Assembly (NCBI GenBank): GCA_048940445.1
Contig: JBHLON010000027.1
Coordinates: 1-48,858, forward strand
DNA: 48,858 nucleotides
Source: Promethearchaeota archaeon
GTDB lineage: Archaea > Asgardarchaeota > Lokiarchaeia > Sigyniarchaeales > SOKP01
Reading direction: 5' to 3'
Shown in pieces: positions 1-11,100 of the stretch (the first letter of the stretch is position 1; each line of letters starts with the position of its first letter). A program made the position numbers and the translations under genes. The notes below the pieces were generated by a model. It worked only from the letters and a program-made list of their open reading frames with translations. It ran no database searches and was not told the DNA's origin.

Positions 1-108
1 CCGGGTGTTGGTGGTGCAGGCGGTTTCAAGATCATTTTAAAGAATTGTAAAATACACGCTGAATCGATAATTATCAAAAAGTTAGAACCTTCGAAAAAAA
101 AGAAATAA
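1..108 (+). CDS. cdhC: 3' end (partial) of probable CO dehydrogenase/acetyl-CoA synthase complex beta subunit (CdhC/AcsB)
   Basis: Frame 1 reads PGVGGAGGFKIILKNCKIHAESIIIKKLEPSKKKK*, resembling the GG(I/V)KI(I/V)LKNAKI(Y/H)AEK(V/I)II C-terminal tail of archaeal CdhC; followed by a T-tract. Only 35 residues visible; not in the ORF track. Confidence 0.6.
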   Translation, partial: PGVGGAGGFKIILKNCKIHAESIIIKKLEPSKKKK

Positions 109-170
109 TTTTTTAATCTATTTTATTCTACTTTTGTTTTTATTTGTTTTACTTAAAATAAGTATCAAGT

Positions 171-197
171 TACATCTAATTCATTGAATTAGATGTA
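171..197. repeat. Perfect 13-bp inverted repeat with 1-nt spacer (candidate operator or hairpin)
   Basis: TACATCTAATTCA-T-TGAATTAGATGTA; the arms are exact reverse complements. Confidence 0.8.
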
Positions 198-436
198 GCT
201 GCAATGGATCATCTTTTATTTACAGCAAGTTCGAAAATTTTTCCTGATCCAGTCAGTTTTGGGATAGACTTTTTTATTTTTTGATTGATGGGGTTCAATT
301 AACTGATCCTTTTATTCATGCTGGATTTTATCAAGGGGACGCAACATATCAATATTAACCAGTTGCAATTTGAGTCGAAGATATTTTGGCTATGTGACAA
401 AGAATCTTTAAATAGGTAACTCTTGATTAATATCAC

Positions 437-751
437 ATGAGACATGAAATCTTAAATTTAGAGAATGTTGACACAAATAACGTAATTAAGAATTTCGTTA
501 ACTTTTATCACCCACTTGGCAGGTTTACAGATATTACGGGTTCTATAAATGTGTTTGTGTTTGAAGAATATTATTTTAGAATTGAATCCAATCTTGCGGT
601 TACCATCATTTTTGAACAAAAAGGCAATAACGCATTATCAATTCATGCGATAGTAGCGGGAGGATCTCATGGAGTATTTGGATTTTCTTGGGGTGCTGAA
701 AAATCGATGCTCAATAAGCTTAAGAAATTCTTTTTAGGAGAGTCTATCTAA
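437..751 (+). CDS. Hypothetical protein, DUF6054-like
   Basis: 104-aa ORF; pattern EEYYFR..SNLAVTI...IHAIVAGGS.GVFGFSWGAE resembles DUF6054 proteins. Confidence 0.5.
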   Translation: MRHEILNLENVDTNNVIKNFVNFYHPLGRFTDITGSINVFVFEEYYFRIESNLAVTIIFEQKGNNALSIHAIVAGGSHGVFGFSWGAEKSMLNKLKKFFLGESI

Positions 752-895
752 ATTATGCTGTGCTATGTACTGAAAGAAATCTGAGTAAAAATTTCATTTA
801 TCATTTGTTCATCATTCTAATTTTTTATTATTTAATAGTTCCAATCTTCTTTTCTATTTGTTGCTAATTCAAATTTTTATAGAGTTGTTCTTGTT

Positions 896-960
896 ACAAA
901 TTTTTATATACATAACTATCATATAATCATATAACAGAAATCTAGTATAAATTGATTAGA
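896..960 (+). promoter_or_regulatory. Conserved promoter/leader, copy 1 (BRE-TATA-like ACAAATTTTTATATA ... CAGAAATCTA ... TTGAT)
   Basis: Same motif order and 65-66 nt spacing to ATG upstream of all three SBP genes. Confidence 0.7.
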
Positions 961-3084
961 ATGACCAAAAGATTAAAGAGTCTAAGTTATTTTTTTGCAT
1001 TTTTTATTGTATTGGCAAGCTGTAGTATAATAATATTTAATCCTACATATGGACAAAAGGTTTTAGAGAAAACAGATAATACTTTATCGAGATTAAAAAC
1101 CGATCAAAATTCTCTACCATTCATTGTTGGTGTAGCAGTTGGACCCCATACATTGGATCCAATTGATACATGGGATTCGGCGTCATATGATGTAATCGTT
1201 CAAGTATGTGAAGGCCTTTTCCAATATAACTTATCTGATCCCACTATGCCACGATTAAATCATCTTGCCGAGTCCTATTGGTGGCAAGATTTAACTACTC
1301 TTCAAATAAAACTAAGAGAAGGTATTTATTTTCATGATATGTATCCCTTTAATTCAACTGCTGCTGTATGGAATTTCAATAGAATCCTCTACTTTACAAA
1401 TAGTAGCGGTACACTTCCAGGAAATATGACCATTGCTGAGCCCTCATCTCTATACTACTTTCCTGATGGTATTACACCCATAATAAACTCGGTAATTGCA
1501 GTCGGTGAATATAATATCACAATTAATCTCAATGGTGCTTACTCTCCTCTCTTAGACTTATTAAGTTTCACCGGTAGTTATATGGTCTCTCCATATTCCA
1601 CTCCAGCAAGTGATTACATTGATCTTTATACGGGTGATTTGGTTGGCACTGGCCCCTTTGTTTATAATGGGTATACACCTAATGTTGAGGTAAATTTTAC
1701 TGCATTTGACACTTACTGGCAGGGAAAGGCAGATATCAATAAAATGACATTTCTAGTGCTTTATGATTCAGTATCTCGAAATAATGCCATGCTAGATCAT
1801 GATATTGATTATTTAAAATCTCCTTTGGCAAGTCTAATTCCAGTTTTTGATGCAGATCCTGCAATAACGGTTATGAAGTTTACTGACAGTTATGGCATTC
1901 CGAGTTTAGACTATCAATATCTAGGTATGAATAATAAGATTATTACACTTCCTTGGAGAAAAGCAATATCCTACGCGCTCAACTACACTTATATCATTCA
2001 AGAAATACAGAATGGTTTAGGAATTAGAGCTAATTCACCCATCTCTCTAGGTTTTGGGAATGCCTACAATTCGTCTGTTACTGCTGCAGATTATGATTTA
2101 TCTACCGCTAGACAAATTTTAGTTGATGAGGGCATAGCTCTAGGATACCCCGTAAACTCTGATCCTAATGATGCTTATTGGTTGACCAACCCTATTATTT
2201 CATTTAACTATACTTATAACGTAGGAAATAGTTTTAGAGAAGATATATTTGATGCATTAAATGTCTGGCTACCGTCAATCGGGATACAAGTAATTGAAAA
2301 TGGGGTGACATGGGATACCTTTCTCAGAAAATTATTTGTAGATCAAAATGAATTAGATCTTTTTTGGGTAGGATGGGCTCCAGATTACCTTGATCCCTTT
2401 AATATGCTTGATCCACTATTCAACCCTGCTGCATATACAAACTCTGCTCAGGTTGATGACTCAAAGTTAAATGCTATGATGGATCTCGCCTTATTCACCA
2501 CAGATGATATGGCTAGAAATGCTATTTATAAGAATATTCAATCATATCTAGCTGAAAGATTATATCCTCATTGTTTTGGATTCAACTCAAAAATTACATA
2601 TGTTTACAGCGCTAATTTAACAAACTATCCCCATAATGCCTTTAATCTATTGTATTTCTATCCATGTAAATGGATGCATTTATCTGTAGATCTTGTCTCT
2701 CCGATTATTACAATTATCGAACCAAATAATGGGGATGAGTTTACCACATCAATCCCTACTTATGAAATCGAGATTACTGAAGCAAATTTAGATGATGTGT
2801 GGTATACTGCAGATGGGGGAATCACTAATAATACAATTACATCTTTAGTAGGAACTATCGATGAAACAGTCTGGAATGCTTTATCTTATGGTGTTGTGAT
2901 GATTACTTTTTATGCTAATGATACTGCGGGTAACATTGGATATACTTCAGTGTTAGTGTATAAAAATGAACCGATCCCCCCTCCACCAGAGATTCCTGGA
3001 GCTCATCCGATTTTTGTGTTAATTATATTATCTCTTGGGATAACTGGGTTAATTTGGCATATCAAACTTAAAAAATCTAAGTAA
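952..3084 (+). CDS. Family-5 (DppA/OppA-like) ABC solute-binding protein + Ig-like domain + Loki-CTERM-type membrane anchor; likely start ATG 961
   Basis: LDP..WD..S..V..QVCEGL, LREGIYFHD..PF, VGTGPF, WAPDYLDP motifs; hydrophobic N-terminus; C-terminal PPPEIPG + TM helix + KLKKSK. Confidence 0.9.
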   Translation: MIRMTKRLKSLSYFFAFFIVLASCSIIIFNPTYGQKVLEKTDNTLSRLKTDQNSLPFIVGVAVGPHTLDPIDTWDSASYDVIVQVCEGLFQYNLSDPTMPRLNHLAESYWWQDLTTLQIKLREGIYFHDMYPFNSTAAVWNFNRILYFTNSSGTLPGNMTIAEPSSLYYFPDGITPIINSVIAVGEYNITINLNGAYSPLLDLLSFTGSYMVSPYSTPASDYIDLYTGDLVGTGPFVYNGYTPNVEVNFTAFDTYWQGKADINKMTFLVLYDSVSRNNAMLDHDIDYLKSPLASLIPVFDADPAITVMKFTDSYGIPSLDYQYLGMNNKIITLPWRKAISYALNYTYIIQEIQNGLGIRANSPISLGFGNAYNSSVTAADYDLSTARQILVDEGIALGYPVNSDPNDAYWLTNPIISFNYTYNVGNSFREDIFDALNVWLPSIGIQVIENGVTWDTFLRKLFVDQNELDLFWVGWAPDYLDPFNMLDPLFNPAAYTNSAQVDDSKLNAMMDLALFTTDDMARNAIYKNIQSYLAERLYPHCFGFNSKITYVYSANLTNYPHNAFNLLYFYPCKWMHLSVDLVSPIITIIEPNNGDEFTTSIPTYEIEITEANLDDVWYTADGGITNNTITSLVGTIDETVWNALSYGVVMITFYANDTAGNIGYTSVLVYKNEPIPPPPEIPGAHPIFVLIILSLGITGLIWHIKLKKSK

Positions 3085-3087
3085 ATC

Positions 3088-3099
3088 TTTTTTTTTTTT
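3088..3099 (+). terminator. Poly-T archaeal terminator
   Basis: 12 T immediately after the stop at 3084. Confidence 0.6.
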
Positions 3100-3220
3100 A
3101 ATTTTAGACTTTTCCTTTGACAATTTCTATAAATATCTTTCTTATCTATAAGTGTATATTTTATGCTAGGAAATCTATTTATCTAATTATTCAACGATTT
3201 TTTAAAAAAAAGATTTAAAA

Positions 3221-3285
3221 ACAAAATTTTATATACACTTTTGATATATAATATTATACCAGAAATCTAATTTAAATTGATAAAT
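3221..3285 (+). promoter_or_regulatory. Conserved promoter/leader, copy 2
   Basis: ACAAAATTTTATATAC...ATATAAT...CCAGAAATCTA...AAATTGATAAAT-ATG(3286). Confidence 0.7.
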
Positions 3286-6200
3286 ATGATTCGAACTAAA
3301 CAAAAGATAATAGGTTTTCTAATAGTATCAATTCTATTAGTGAGTGCTAGCTTTATTCTATATAATCCACAGAGACTAAGCGAAATAACAGACAATTTCA
3401 GTGATAATCATAGTAACTTTAAAGATTATAGATCTTTTTTAAAACCTAGCCAAGGAGCTCCTTTTATAGTTGGAGTAGAATCGAGTCCCGTGGATCTCGA
3501 CCCCGTAAATTCATGGGACAGTGCTTCTAATGATGTAATAGAACAAGTTTGTGAAGGGTTATTTAGATATAATTTATCAGAGCCAAATATGCCGCGTATT
3601 AATTGGTTAGCAGAAGATTATCACTGGGAAGATGAAGTAACACTCCAGATAACTCTTAGGGAAGGTGTGCTTTTTCATGATGGTACCCCTTTTAATGCTG
3701 CAGCAGCGAAATGGAATCTAGATAGGCTATTATATCTTACTAATTGTTCTGGTACTCTTCCAATAACAACACCAATCGCAATAACAACTTCATTATGGAG
3801 ATTTCCAAATAGTACTGCAATAATTAATCAGGTTGACGTTATTAATCAAACTAGTATCCGTATTCATCTAAATGGAGCTTACGGCCCCTTCTTGGATTTA
3901 TTAAGTTATACTAATGCCTATATGCTATCACCTACATCCACTCCAGCAACTGATTATATTGACCTTTATACGGGAGATTTAGTGGGAACTGGTCCATTTG
4001 TGTATGATAGTTATACTCCTGATATAGAGACTAGTTTTCATGCTTTTGATAACTATTGGCAGGGAATGGCAAATATTAGTGAAATGGTGTTCTCAATAAT
4101 GTCTGATGCTAATACAAGAAATTCTGCTATGTTGGCATATGATATAGACTTTTTGCAGGGGCATCTTAATACTTATCTCCCCAGCTTCGAAGCAGATCCT
4201 GAAATAACCGTAATGCATTATACAGACACTTATGGTATCTCTAGTTTAATATACTATTATCTAGGGTTCAATAATGAAATAATAAATAAAACTTGGAGAA
4301 AAGCAATGTCTTATGCGATAAATTATAGTTATATTATAGATGTATTGCAAAACGGAGAGGTTGTTAGAGCTAATTCACCCATATCTCCCGGTTTTGGAGA
4401 TGCTTACAATTCTTCAACTAAGGCAGCGACGTGGAATTTGGCAAAAGCACGACAAATTCTTATAGATGCGGGTATTCCTGGTACAGCCGGACTAACTGCA
4501 AATAATGATACAACCGGATCTGTAGCAGACACATGGAAAGCAGCTAACCTTGCTTCATTTAATTATACCTATAATATCGGAAATGCTTTTAGAGAAGATT
4601 TAGGTGTCTTACTCGAAGAGAATCTTGATCAAATAGGAATTACCGTAACAGACGCTGGAATGACTTGGTCTGAGTTTCTTGATAGATTATTCTTCAACCA
4701 TGATAAATTAGAACTCTTTTGGATAGCTTGGGGTCCAGATTATTATGATCCCTATAATATGCTTTATCCAATATTTGATCCGAATTCAATTGGTAATTCT
4801 GCCCAAGTAAATGACGCTAAGTTAAATATTATGTTAGAAAGTGCATTACAAGAGACCAATGATGTTATTAGGGATAGTATTTATAGAAATATTCAAGGTT
4901 ATTTAGCCACACAATTATATCCACACGCTTTTGGTTATCATCCGAAAATTACTTATGTGTATAGCGTTAATTTAACCAATTATCCTCATAATTCACTGAA
5001 TAGATTATATTTCTATCCTTGTGAATGGAAGACTGGACAAGTTACACCACCACCTCCACCGCCACCGCCTCCACCTTCACCAATCTTTAAGGTGGGTGTA
5101 AGAACAAGCCCTGCAGAACTTGATCCTGTGAATACATGGGATAGTACTTCTATGGATGTTATAGAACAAGTATGTGAGGGCCTTTTTAGATATAATTTAT
5201 CAGATCCTAATTTACCGCGCATTAATTGGTTAGCAGAAGATTATCATTGGGAAGATAAAGTAACACTTCTAATAAAATTGAAAGAAGGCGTAATCTTTCA
5301 TGATGGAACACCATTTGATGCTACAGCAGCGAAATGGAATCTGGATAGACTGTTATATCTTACCAACTGTTCTGGTACCCTTCCTCCAACAACTCAACAG
5401 GCATTACCCAGTGAATTATGGAAGTTTCCAAATGGTACTGCGATAATTGATCATGTAGATGTAATTAATCAAACTAATATTCTAATTCATTTAAATGGAG
5501 TATATAGCCCTCTCTTAGATTTATTGACTTTTAATAGTGCCTATATGCTATCACCTACATCCACTCCAGCAACTGATTACATTGACCTTTATACGGGAGA
5601 TTTAGTAGGAACTGGTCCATTTGTGTATGATGGCTATATTCCTGATATTGAAACAGATTTTCATGCATTTGATAACTATTGGCAAGGAAAAGCAAATATT
5701 AGTGAAATGGTATTCTTAATAATACCTGATTCTATTGACAGAAACGATGCTATGTTGGCATATGATATTGATTTCTTGCAAGGGTACCTTAATTCATATA
5801 TCCCAAGTTTTGAGGTTGATCCCGAAATAACCATTATGCATTATACTGATAGTTATGGCATTCCGAGTTTATTATATCAGTATCTAGGGTTCAATAATAA
5901 ACTAATAAATAAAACTTGGAGAATGGCAATGTCTTATGCGATAAATTATAGTTATATTATAGATGTAATGCAAAACGGAGATGTTGTTAGAGCTAATTCA
6001 CCCATCTCTCCCGGTTTTGGAGATGCTTATAATTCTTCAACTAGGGCAGCGACGTGGAATTTGGCAAAAGCACGACAAATTCTTATAGATGCGGGTATTC
6101 CTGGTACAGCTGGACTAATTGCAAATAATGATACAACCGGATCTGTAGCAGATGCATGGAAAGCAGCTAATCTTGGCTCTTTTAACTATACTTATAATGT

Positions 6201-8043
6201 TGAGAATCAATTTAGAAGTGATCTATACATTGTATTAGCTGAATGGTTAGACCAGATCGGTATTACTTTAATTGATGATGGTGGTACTTGGGGTGACTTT
6301 CTCACGAAATTATTCATCTATCCTGATAAACTGAACCTCTTTTGGATAAGTTGGATACCGGATCATCTTGATCCTTATAATATGCTTTATTACTTATTTG
6401 ATCCGACTTCATTAACTAATTCTGCCCAGGTAAATGACCCACAATTGAATGCTATGTTAGACAATGCGTTAAATGAGATTAATGATGCTATAAGAGATAA
6501 TATCTATAAAGACATTCAAGGCTATTTAGCGACCCAATTATATCCTCATGCTTTTGGATTTCATCCGAAAATTACCTATGTGTATAGCGCCAATTTGACT
6601 AAATATCCTCACAATGCGTTTGATAGATTATATTTCTATCCTTGTGAATGGAAGACTAGAAAAATTACGCCACCACCTCCACCAACGACAGCTATAATCT
6701 TCATTGATGATGCTGATCCCAACTATAATTGGAGTAAAACTGCATTAGAAAATGATTGGTGCTCCGGTTCAGGAACTTTCAATGACCCATATATTATACA
6801 AGATATCGAAGTTGATGGACAATCTACATATAATGGGATTGAGATATACAATTCTAGTGTTTATTTTATGATCGAAAATACTACTATCTACAACTGTATT
6901 CAGTATGGAATTCACCTGGTAAATACATATAACTCAATCATTCATAATAACAGTATATATAATACTTTCTTTAGCGGTATCTTTTTAGAATCCAGTGATT
7001 ATCATACGATTTATGAGAACAAAATTTGGAACATTTCGGGATACTCGGGGATAACTTTATTTATATCTTCCGATCATTGTGAAGTGAGACAAAATTCAAT
7101 AGAGCTTAGCTATGCTGGCATCATATCTGTTTACGGATTTGATAACTTTATACATGACAATACTCTAATCAATAATTTCATGGGAATAGGTGTTGGAGCC
7201 GCTTATAATATAACACTGAAACTAAATCAAATAATAAGTAATACAATGGGAGGAATACTATTACAAGAAGCAAATGAAACTCTTGTTAAAGATAACTTCT
7301 TAACAGATAATCCAGCTTATGGGATACTTCTTATGGGTTTTTGGAATGGAAATAATGACAATGAATTTATAGGAAATCAAATTTATAACAGTGGCTTAGT
7401 AGGTTTAGCAGTTGATTCTACTTCGAATAATAACAAAATATATCTTAATACATTTATTGGAAATACAATAAACGCTCAAGATAATGGTACATTAAATGCA
7501 TGGGATAATGGATCAAAAGGAAATTCATGGGATGATTATAGTGGCGTAGATGCAAATGACGATGGAATAGGAGATACACCATATCTAATTAGTGGAGATG
7601 CAGGAAGTATGGACAACTTTCCTATTTTTGATGATGGTCCCGACATTGATACAATTCCACCAGTAATCATTATCAATGAGCCTGATAATGGAGAAGAATT
7701 TACCACAATAGCGCCAATTTATGAAATTGAGATTACTGAACCTAACTTAGATTCTGTGTGGTATACGATAGATGGAGGAACTACTAATATTACAATCACT
7801 ACCTTAACTGGAACTATTGATGATGATGCATGGAATGCTTTGCCTTATGGGACAATAACAATTACCTTTTATGCCAATGATACTGAAGGAAATACTGGAT
7901 ACGCTTCAGTGTTTGTGTACAAAAATGAACCTGTTAGCCCCCCGCCAGAAATCCCTGGAGCTGATCCTATTCTAATATTAGCGATATTATCTATTGGAAT
8001 AATCGGCTTATTATGGCAATATAGACTTAAAAAACCTAATTAA
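3277..8043 (+). CDS. Surface protein: two tandem family-5 SBP domains + NosD/CASH-type beta-helix + Ig-like domain + Loki-CTERM-type anchor; likely start ATG 3286
   Basis: SBP motifs repeated twice and separated by a poly-Pro linker; Asn-rich GI.L...N.I..N.I repeats ending in GN.WDDY.G.D.N.DGIGDTPY; PPPEIPG-TM-KK tail. Confidence 0.9.
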   Translation: MINMIRTKQKIIGFLIVSILLVSASFILYNPQRLSEITDNFSDNHSNFKDYRSFLKPSQGAPFIVGVESSPVDLDPVNSWDSASNDVIEQVCEGLFRYNLSEPNMPRINWLAEDYHWEDEVTLQITLREGVLFHDGTPFNAAAAKWNLDRLLYLTNCSGTLPITTPIAITTSLWRFPNSTAIINQVDVINQTSIRIHLNGAYGPFLDLLSYTNAYMLSPTSTPATDYIDLYTGDLVGTGPFVYDSYTPDIETSFHAFDNYWQGMANISEMVFSIMSDANTRNSAMLAYDIDFLQGHLNTYLPSFEADPEITVMHYTDTYGISSLIYYYLGFNNEIINKTWRKAMSYAINYSYIIDVLQNGEVVRANSPISPGFGDAYNSSTKAATWNLAKARQILIDAGIPGTAGLTANNDTTGSVADTWKAANLASFNYTYNIGNAFREDLGVLLEENLDQIGITVTDAGMTWSEFLDRLFFNHDKLELFWIAWGPDYYDPYNMLYPIFDPNSIGNSAQVNDAKLNIMLESALQETNDVIRDSIYRNIQGYLATQLYPHAFGYHPKITYVYSVNLTNYPHNSLNRLYFYPCEWKTGQVTPPPPPPPPPPSPIFKVGVRTSPAELDPVNTWDSTSMDVIEQVCEGLFRYNLSDPNLPRINWLAEDYHWEDKVTLLIKLKEGVIFHDGTPFDATAAKWNLDRLLYLTNCSGTLPPTTQQALPSELWKFPNGTAIIDHVDVINQTNILIHLNGVYSPLLDLLTFNSAYMLSPTSTPATDYIDLYTGDLVGTGPFVYDGYIPDIETDFHAFDNYWQGKANISEMVFLIIPDSIDRNDAMLAYDIDFLQGYLNSYIPSFEVDPEITIMHYTDSYGIPSLLYQYLGFNNKLINKTWRMAMSYAINYSYIIDVMQNGDVVRANSPISPGFGDAYNSSTRAATWNLAKARQILIDAGIPGTAGLIANNDTTGSVADAWKAANLGSFNYTYNVENQFRSDLYIVLAEWLDQIGITLIDDGGTWGDFLTKLFIYPDKLNLFWISWIPDHLDPYNMLYYLFDPTSLTNSAQVNDPQLNAMLDNALNEINDAIRDNIYKDIQGYLATQLYPHAFGFHPKITYVYSANLTKYPHNAFDRLYFYPCEWKTRKITPPPPPTTAIIFIDDADPNYNWSKTALENDWCSGSGTFNDPYIIQDIEVDGQSTYNGIEIYNSSVYFMIENTTIYNCIQYGIHLVNTYNSIIHNNSIYNTFFSGIFLESSDYHTIYENKIWNISGYSGITLFISSDHCEVRQNSIELSYAGIISVYGFDNFIHDNTLINNFMGIGVGAAYNITLKLNQIISNTMGGILLQEANETLVKDNFLTDNPAYGILLMGFWNGNNDNEFIGNQIYNSGLVGLAVDSTSNNNKIYLNTFIGNTINAQDNGTLNAWDNGSKGNSWDDYSGVDANDDGIGDTPYLISGDAGSMDNFPIFDDGPDIDTIPPVIIINEPDNGEEFTTIAPIYEIEITEPNLDSVWYTIDGGTTNITITTLTGTIDDDAWNALPYGTITITFYANDTEGNTGYASVFVYKNEPVSPPPEIPGADPILILAILSIGIIGLLWQYRLKKPN
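3463..6680 (+). repeat. Intragenic tandem duplication, 1623-nt period (SBP domain A/B)
   Basis: Constant 1623-nt offset; 4281-4547 vs 5904-6170 differ at 11 of 267 nt; 5000-5034 is identical to 6623-6657. Confidence 0.9.
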
Positions 8044-8052
8044 TTTTTTTTT
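8044..8052 (+). terminator. Poly-T archaeal terminator
   Basis: 9 T directly after the stop at 8043. Confidence 0.55.
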
Positions 8053-8083
8053 ATTACCTTTATTTCTAGTTTTTTTACATTTG

Positions 8084-8149
8084 ACAAATTTTTATAAACG
8101 TTTTTATCATATAATAGTTTTAACAGAAATCTAAAATAACTTGATCAAA
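8084..8149 (+). promoter_or_regulatory. Conserved promoter/leader, copy 3
   Basis: ACAAATTTTTATAAAC...TATCATATAAT...AACAGAAATCTA...AACTTGATCAAA-ATG(8150). Confidence 0.7.
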
Positions 8150-11100
8150 ATGATGAAGAAGTTAAAAAGTCAAGGTTATCTTTATTTATTATTAATTATC
8201 TTGGTAAGTTGTAATATAGGAACTTTCAATCCTGAAAGCGGAGAAAAAACTTTAGAGAAAACAGATAATACTTTATTAAAGTTAAAGAGCAACCAAGTAT
8301 CTGAACCATTCATTGTTGGTGTAAGCTCTGGACCCCATTCAATAGATCCTATTAATTCATGGGATTCTGCATCTGACAATGTAATAGTTCAAGTATGTGA
8401 AGGGCTTTTTCAATATAATTTATCTGATCCTTCTATGCCACGAGTAAATCATCTTGCAGAATCCTATTGGTGGAAAGATGACACCACTCTCCAAATAAAA
8501 CTGAGAGAAGGCATTTTTTTTCACGATACGTATCCATTTAAAGCAATTGAAGCTGCATGGAATATAAATAGAATTCTCTACTTTACAAATTCAAGTGGCA
8601 CACTTCCGGGAAATATGACCATTGCTGATCCCTCATCTCTATACTACTTTCCTGATGGCACACCTATAATAAACTCAGTTGCTACTGTTAGTGAATATAA
8701 TATCACCATTACCCTTAACAATCCTTATGGTCCTTTCTTAGATTTATTATGCTTCCCGAGCAGCTATATGGTTTCTCCTTATTCTACTCCAGCAGATGAT
8801 TACATAGATCTTTATACAGGTGATCTGGTGGGTACAGGTCCTTTCATATATAATGGATATACACCTAATGTTGAGGTTAATTTTACTGCATTTGACACTT
8901 ACTGGCAAGGAAAAGCAGATATCAATGATATGACATTTCTAGTACTTCTTGATTCAGTGTCTCGAAGTAATGCTATGTTAAATCATGAAATTGATTATTT
9001 GCAGGGTCCTATTCCATCAATGTTTCCAACATTTGAAGCAGATCCTAGTATAACCGTGATGAAATTTACTGATACATATGGAGTTCCCAGTTTAACCTAT
9101 AATTACCTTGGTATGAATAATATGCTTATTAATCTTTCTTGGAGAAAAGCTATCTCTTATGCTATTAATTATACATATATCATTAAAGAGTTAATGAACG
9201 ACTTAGCTATCAGAGCTAATTCACCCATCTCTCCCGCATTTGGGGCTGCTTATAATGCTTCAGTTGCAGCCGCAGATTATGATTTAGCTACTGCGAGACA
9301 AGTATTAGTTGATGCAGGTATTGCTCCTGGTTATCCAGTAAATTCTGATCCTAATGATCCTACTTGGTTAGCTGCAAATTTACTCACAATCAACTATACA
9401 TATAACCTAGGAAATAAGTTTAGAGAAGATATGTATGATGCCTTACATAATTGGCTTTCGGCCATAGGAATTTTCGTAGAGGATGATGGTACAACTTGGA
9501 GTGACTTTCTCATGAAATTATATGTTTATCCAGACAAATTAGGTCTATATTGGTCCGCGTGGATTCCTGATTTTAAGGATCCCTATAATTTGCTTGATGC
9601 ACTATTCTCTCCCTGGTCAGCTGGTAACTCTGCTCAAGTAAATGATGCCAAGTTAAATTCCATGATGGCAACTGCCCTAGCTACTGTAGATGATCCTGCC
9701 AGAAATGCAATTTATAAAAATATTCAATCGTATCTAGCTGAACGATTATATCCTCACTGCTTTGGATTCCATCCAAAAATAACAGAAGTCCATTCTTCAA
9801 GACTTTCTAACGTACCTTATAATGCATTTCTAAGATTGTATTTCTATCCATGTAAATGGACACTACCATTTCACATTTACATAGATGATTCTGATCCGAA
9901 TTACGATTGGAGTAAGACAGCCTTGGAGAATGATTGGTGTACAGGTTCAGGCAGTTGGGGTGACCCTTATGTTATATCAAATCTCGAGATTAACGGAATT
10001 AATCTAGTTGATTGTATTGAAATAAAGAATTCGAATGCCTATTTTGAACTGAGAAATTGTACGATTCATCAGGCATTGCAATATGGGATCAAATTATCCA
10101 ATACAAATAATTCATTGATTTATAATAATAGCATATATGACAATCCAATAGGTGGTTTATATGCGGAATACAGCAACAATCATAGCATTTATGACAATAA
10201 GTTCTGGAACATAACAAACGGTTATAACGGTTATGGAATCATGTTGTTTTTTAGTAATCACTGTGACGTTTTTCATAATACGATTACATTTAATTTTGCG
10301 GGAATTGCTTCAGGTTATAACTTTGATAGCCACATTTTTGAAAATACAGTGCGTAATAATACACTTGGAATTGTCACGGGATATGGTTCTAATACTACAA
10401 TTGAACTAAATGATGTAATAAGTAGTACACTTCATGGAATAGTATTACAAGAAACTAATGAAACCATCGTAAAAAATAATTTAATAATGCATAATAATTA
10501 CACTGGGATTTATCTCATCGGTTATACGACTGGAAATAATTATAATACAATTACCTCAAATCAGATATATAATAATCGCTTAGGTGTAGGCTTGAACTAT
10601 CTTTCAGATCATAATGTGATATATCTGAATGAGTTTATTGGTAACACAATAAATGCTCAAGATAATGGTACATTAAATGCATGGGATAATGGAGAAATTG
10701 GAAATTCTTGGGATGATTACGTTGGAGTAGATGCTAATGACGATGGAATAGGAGATACACCATATCTAATTGAGGGGACAGCGGGAAGTATGGATAATTT
10801 TCCTATTTATGAAGATGGTGTCGATTTAGCTCCCGTTATTACCATAATCTCACCAAATCCCTCAGATGTATTTGGAACTCAAGCACCGTATTTTGAAATA
10901 GATATAGAATCAGTAGCTTTAAATTCAACATGGTATACTGTAAATCATGGTGTAAATATTACTTTTCTAGGGTCTAGTGGATATTTAGATACAACAGAAT
11001 GGAGTGGATTAGGTAATGGAACGGTTATTATTACTTTTTATGCAAATAACTCAAAAGGAGTAATTGGTATTGCGGAAGTAATTGTATATAAAGATATCTT

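Noticed and set aside
5013-5222. Minus-strand poly-Gly ORF
   Set aside because: Antisense shadow of the poly-Pro linker in the SBP gene.
3463-6680. Diversity-generating retroelement (TR/VR pair)
   Set aside because: Mismatches between repeats are not adenine-specific, both copies are coding, and there is no reverse transcriptase in the window.
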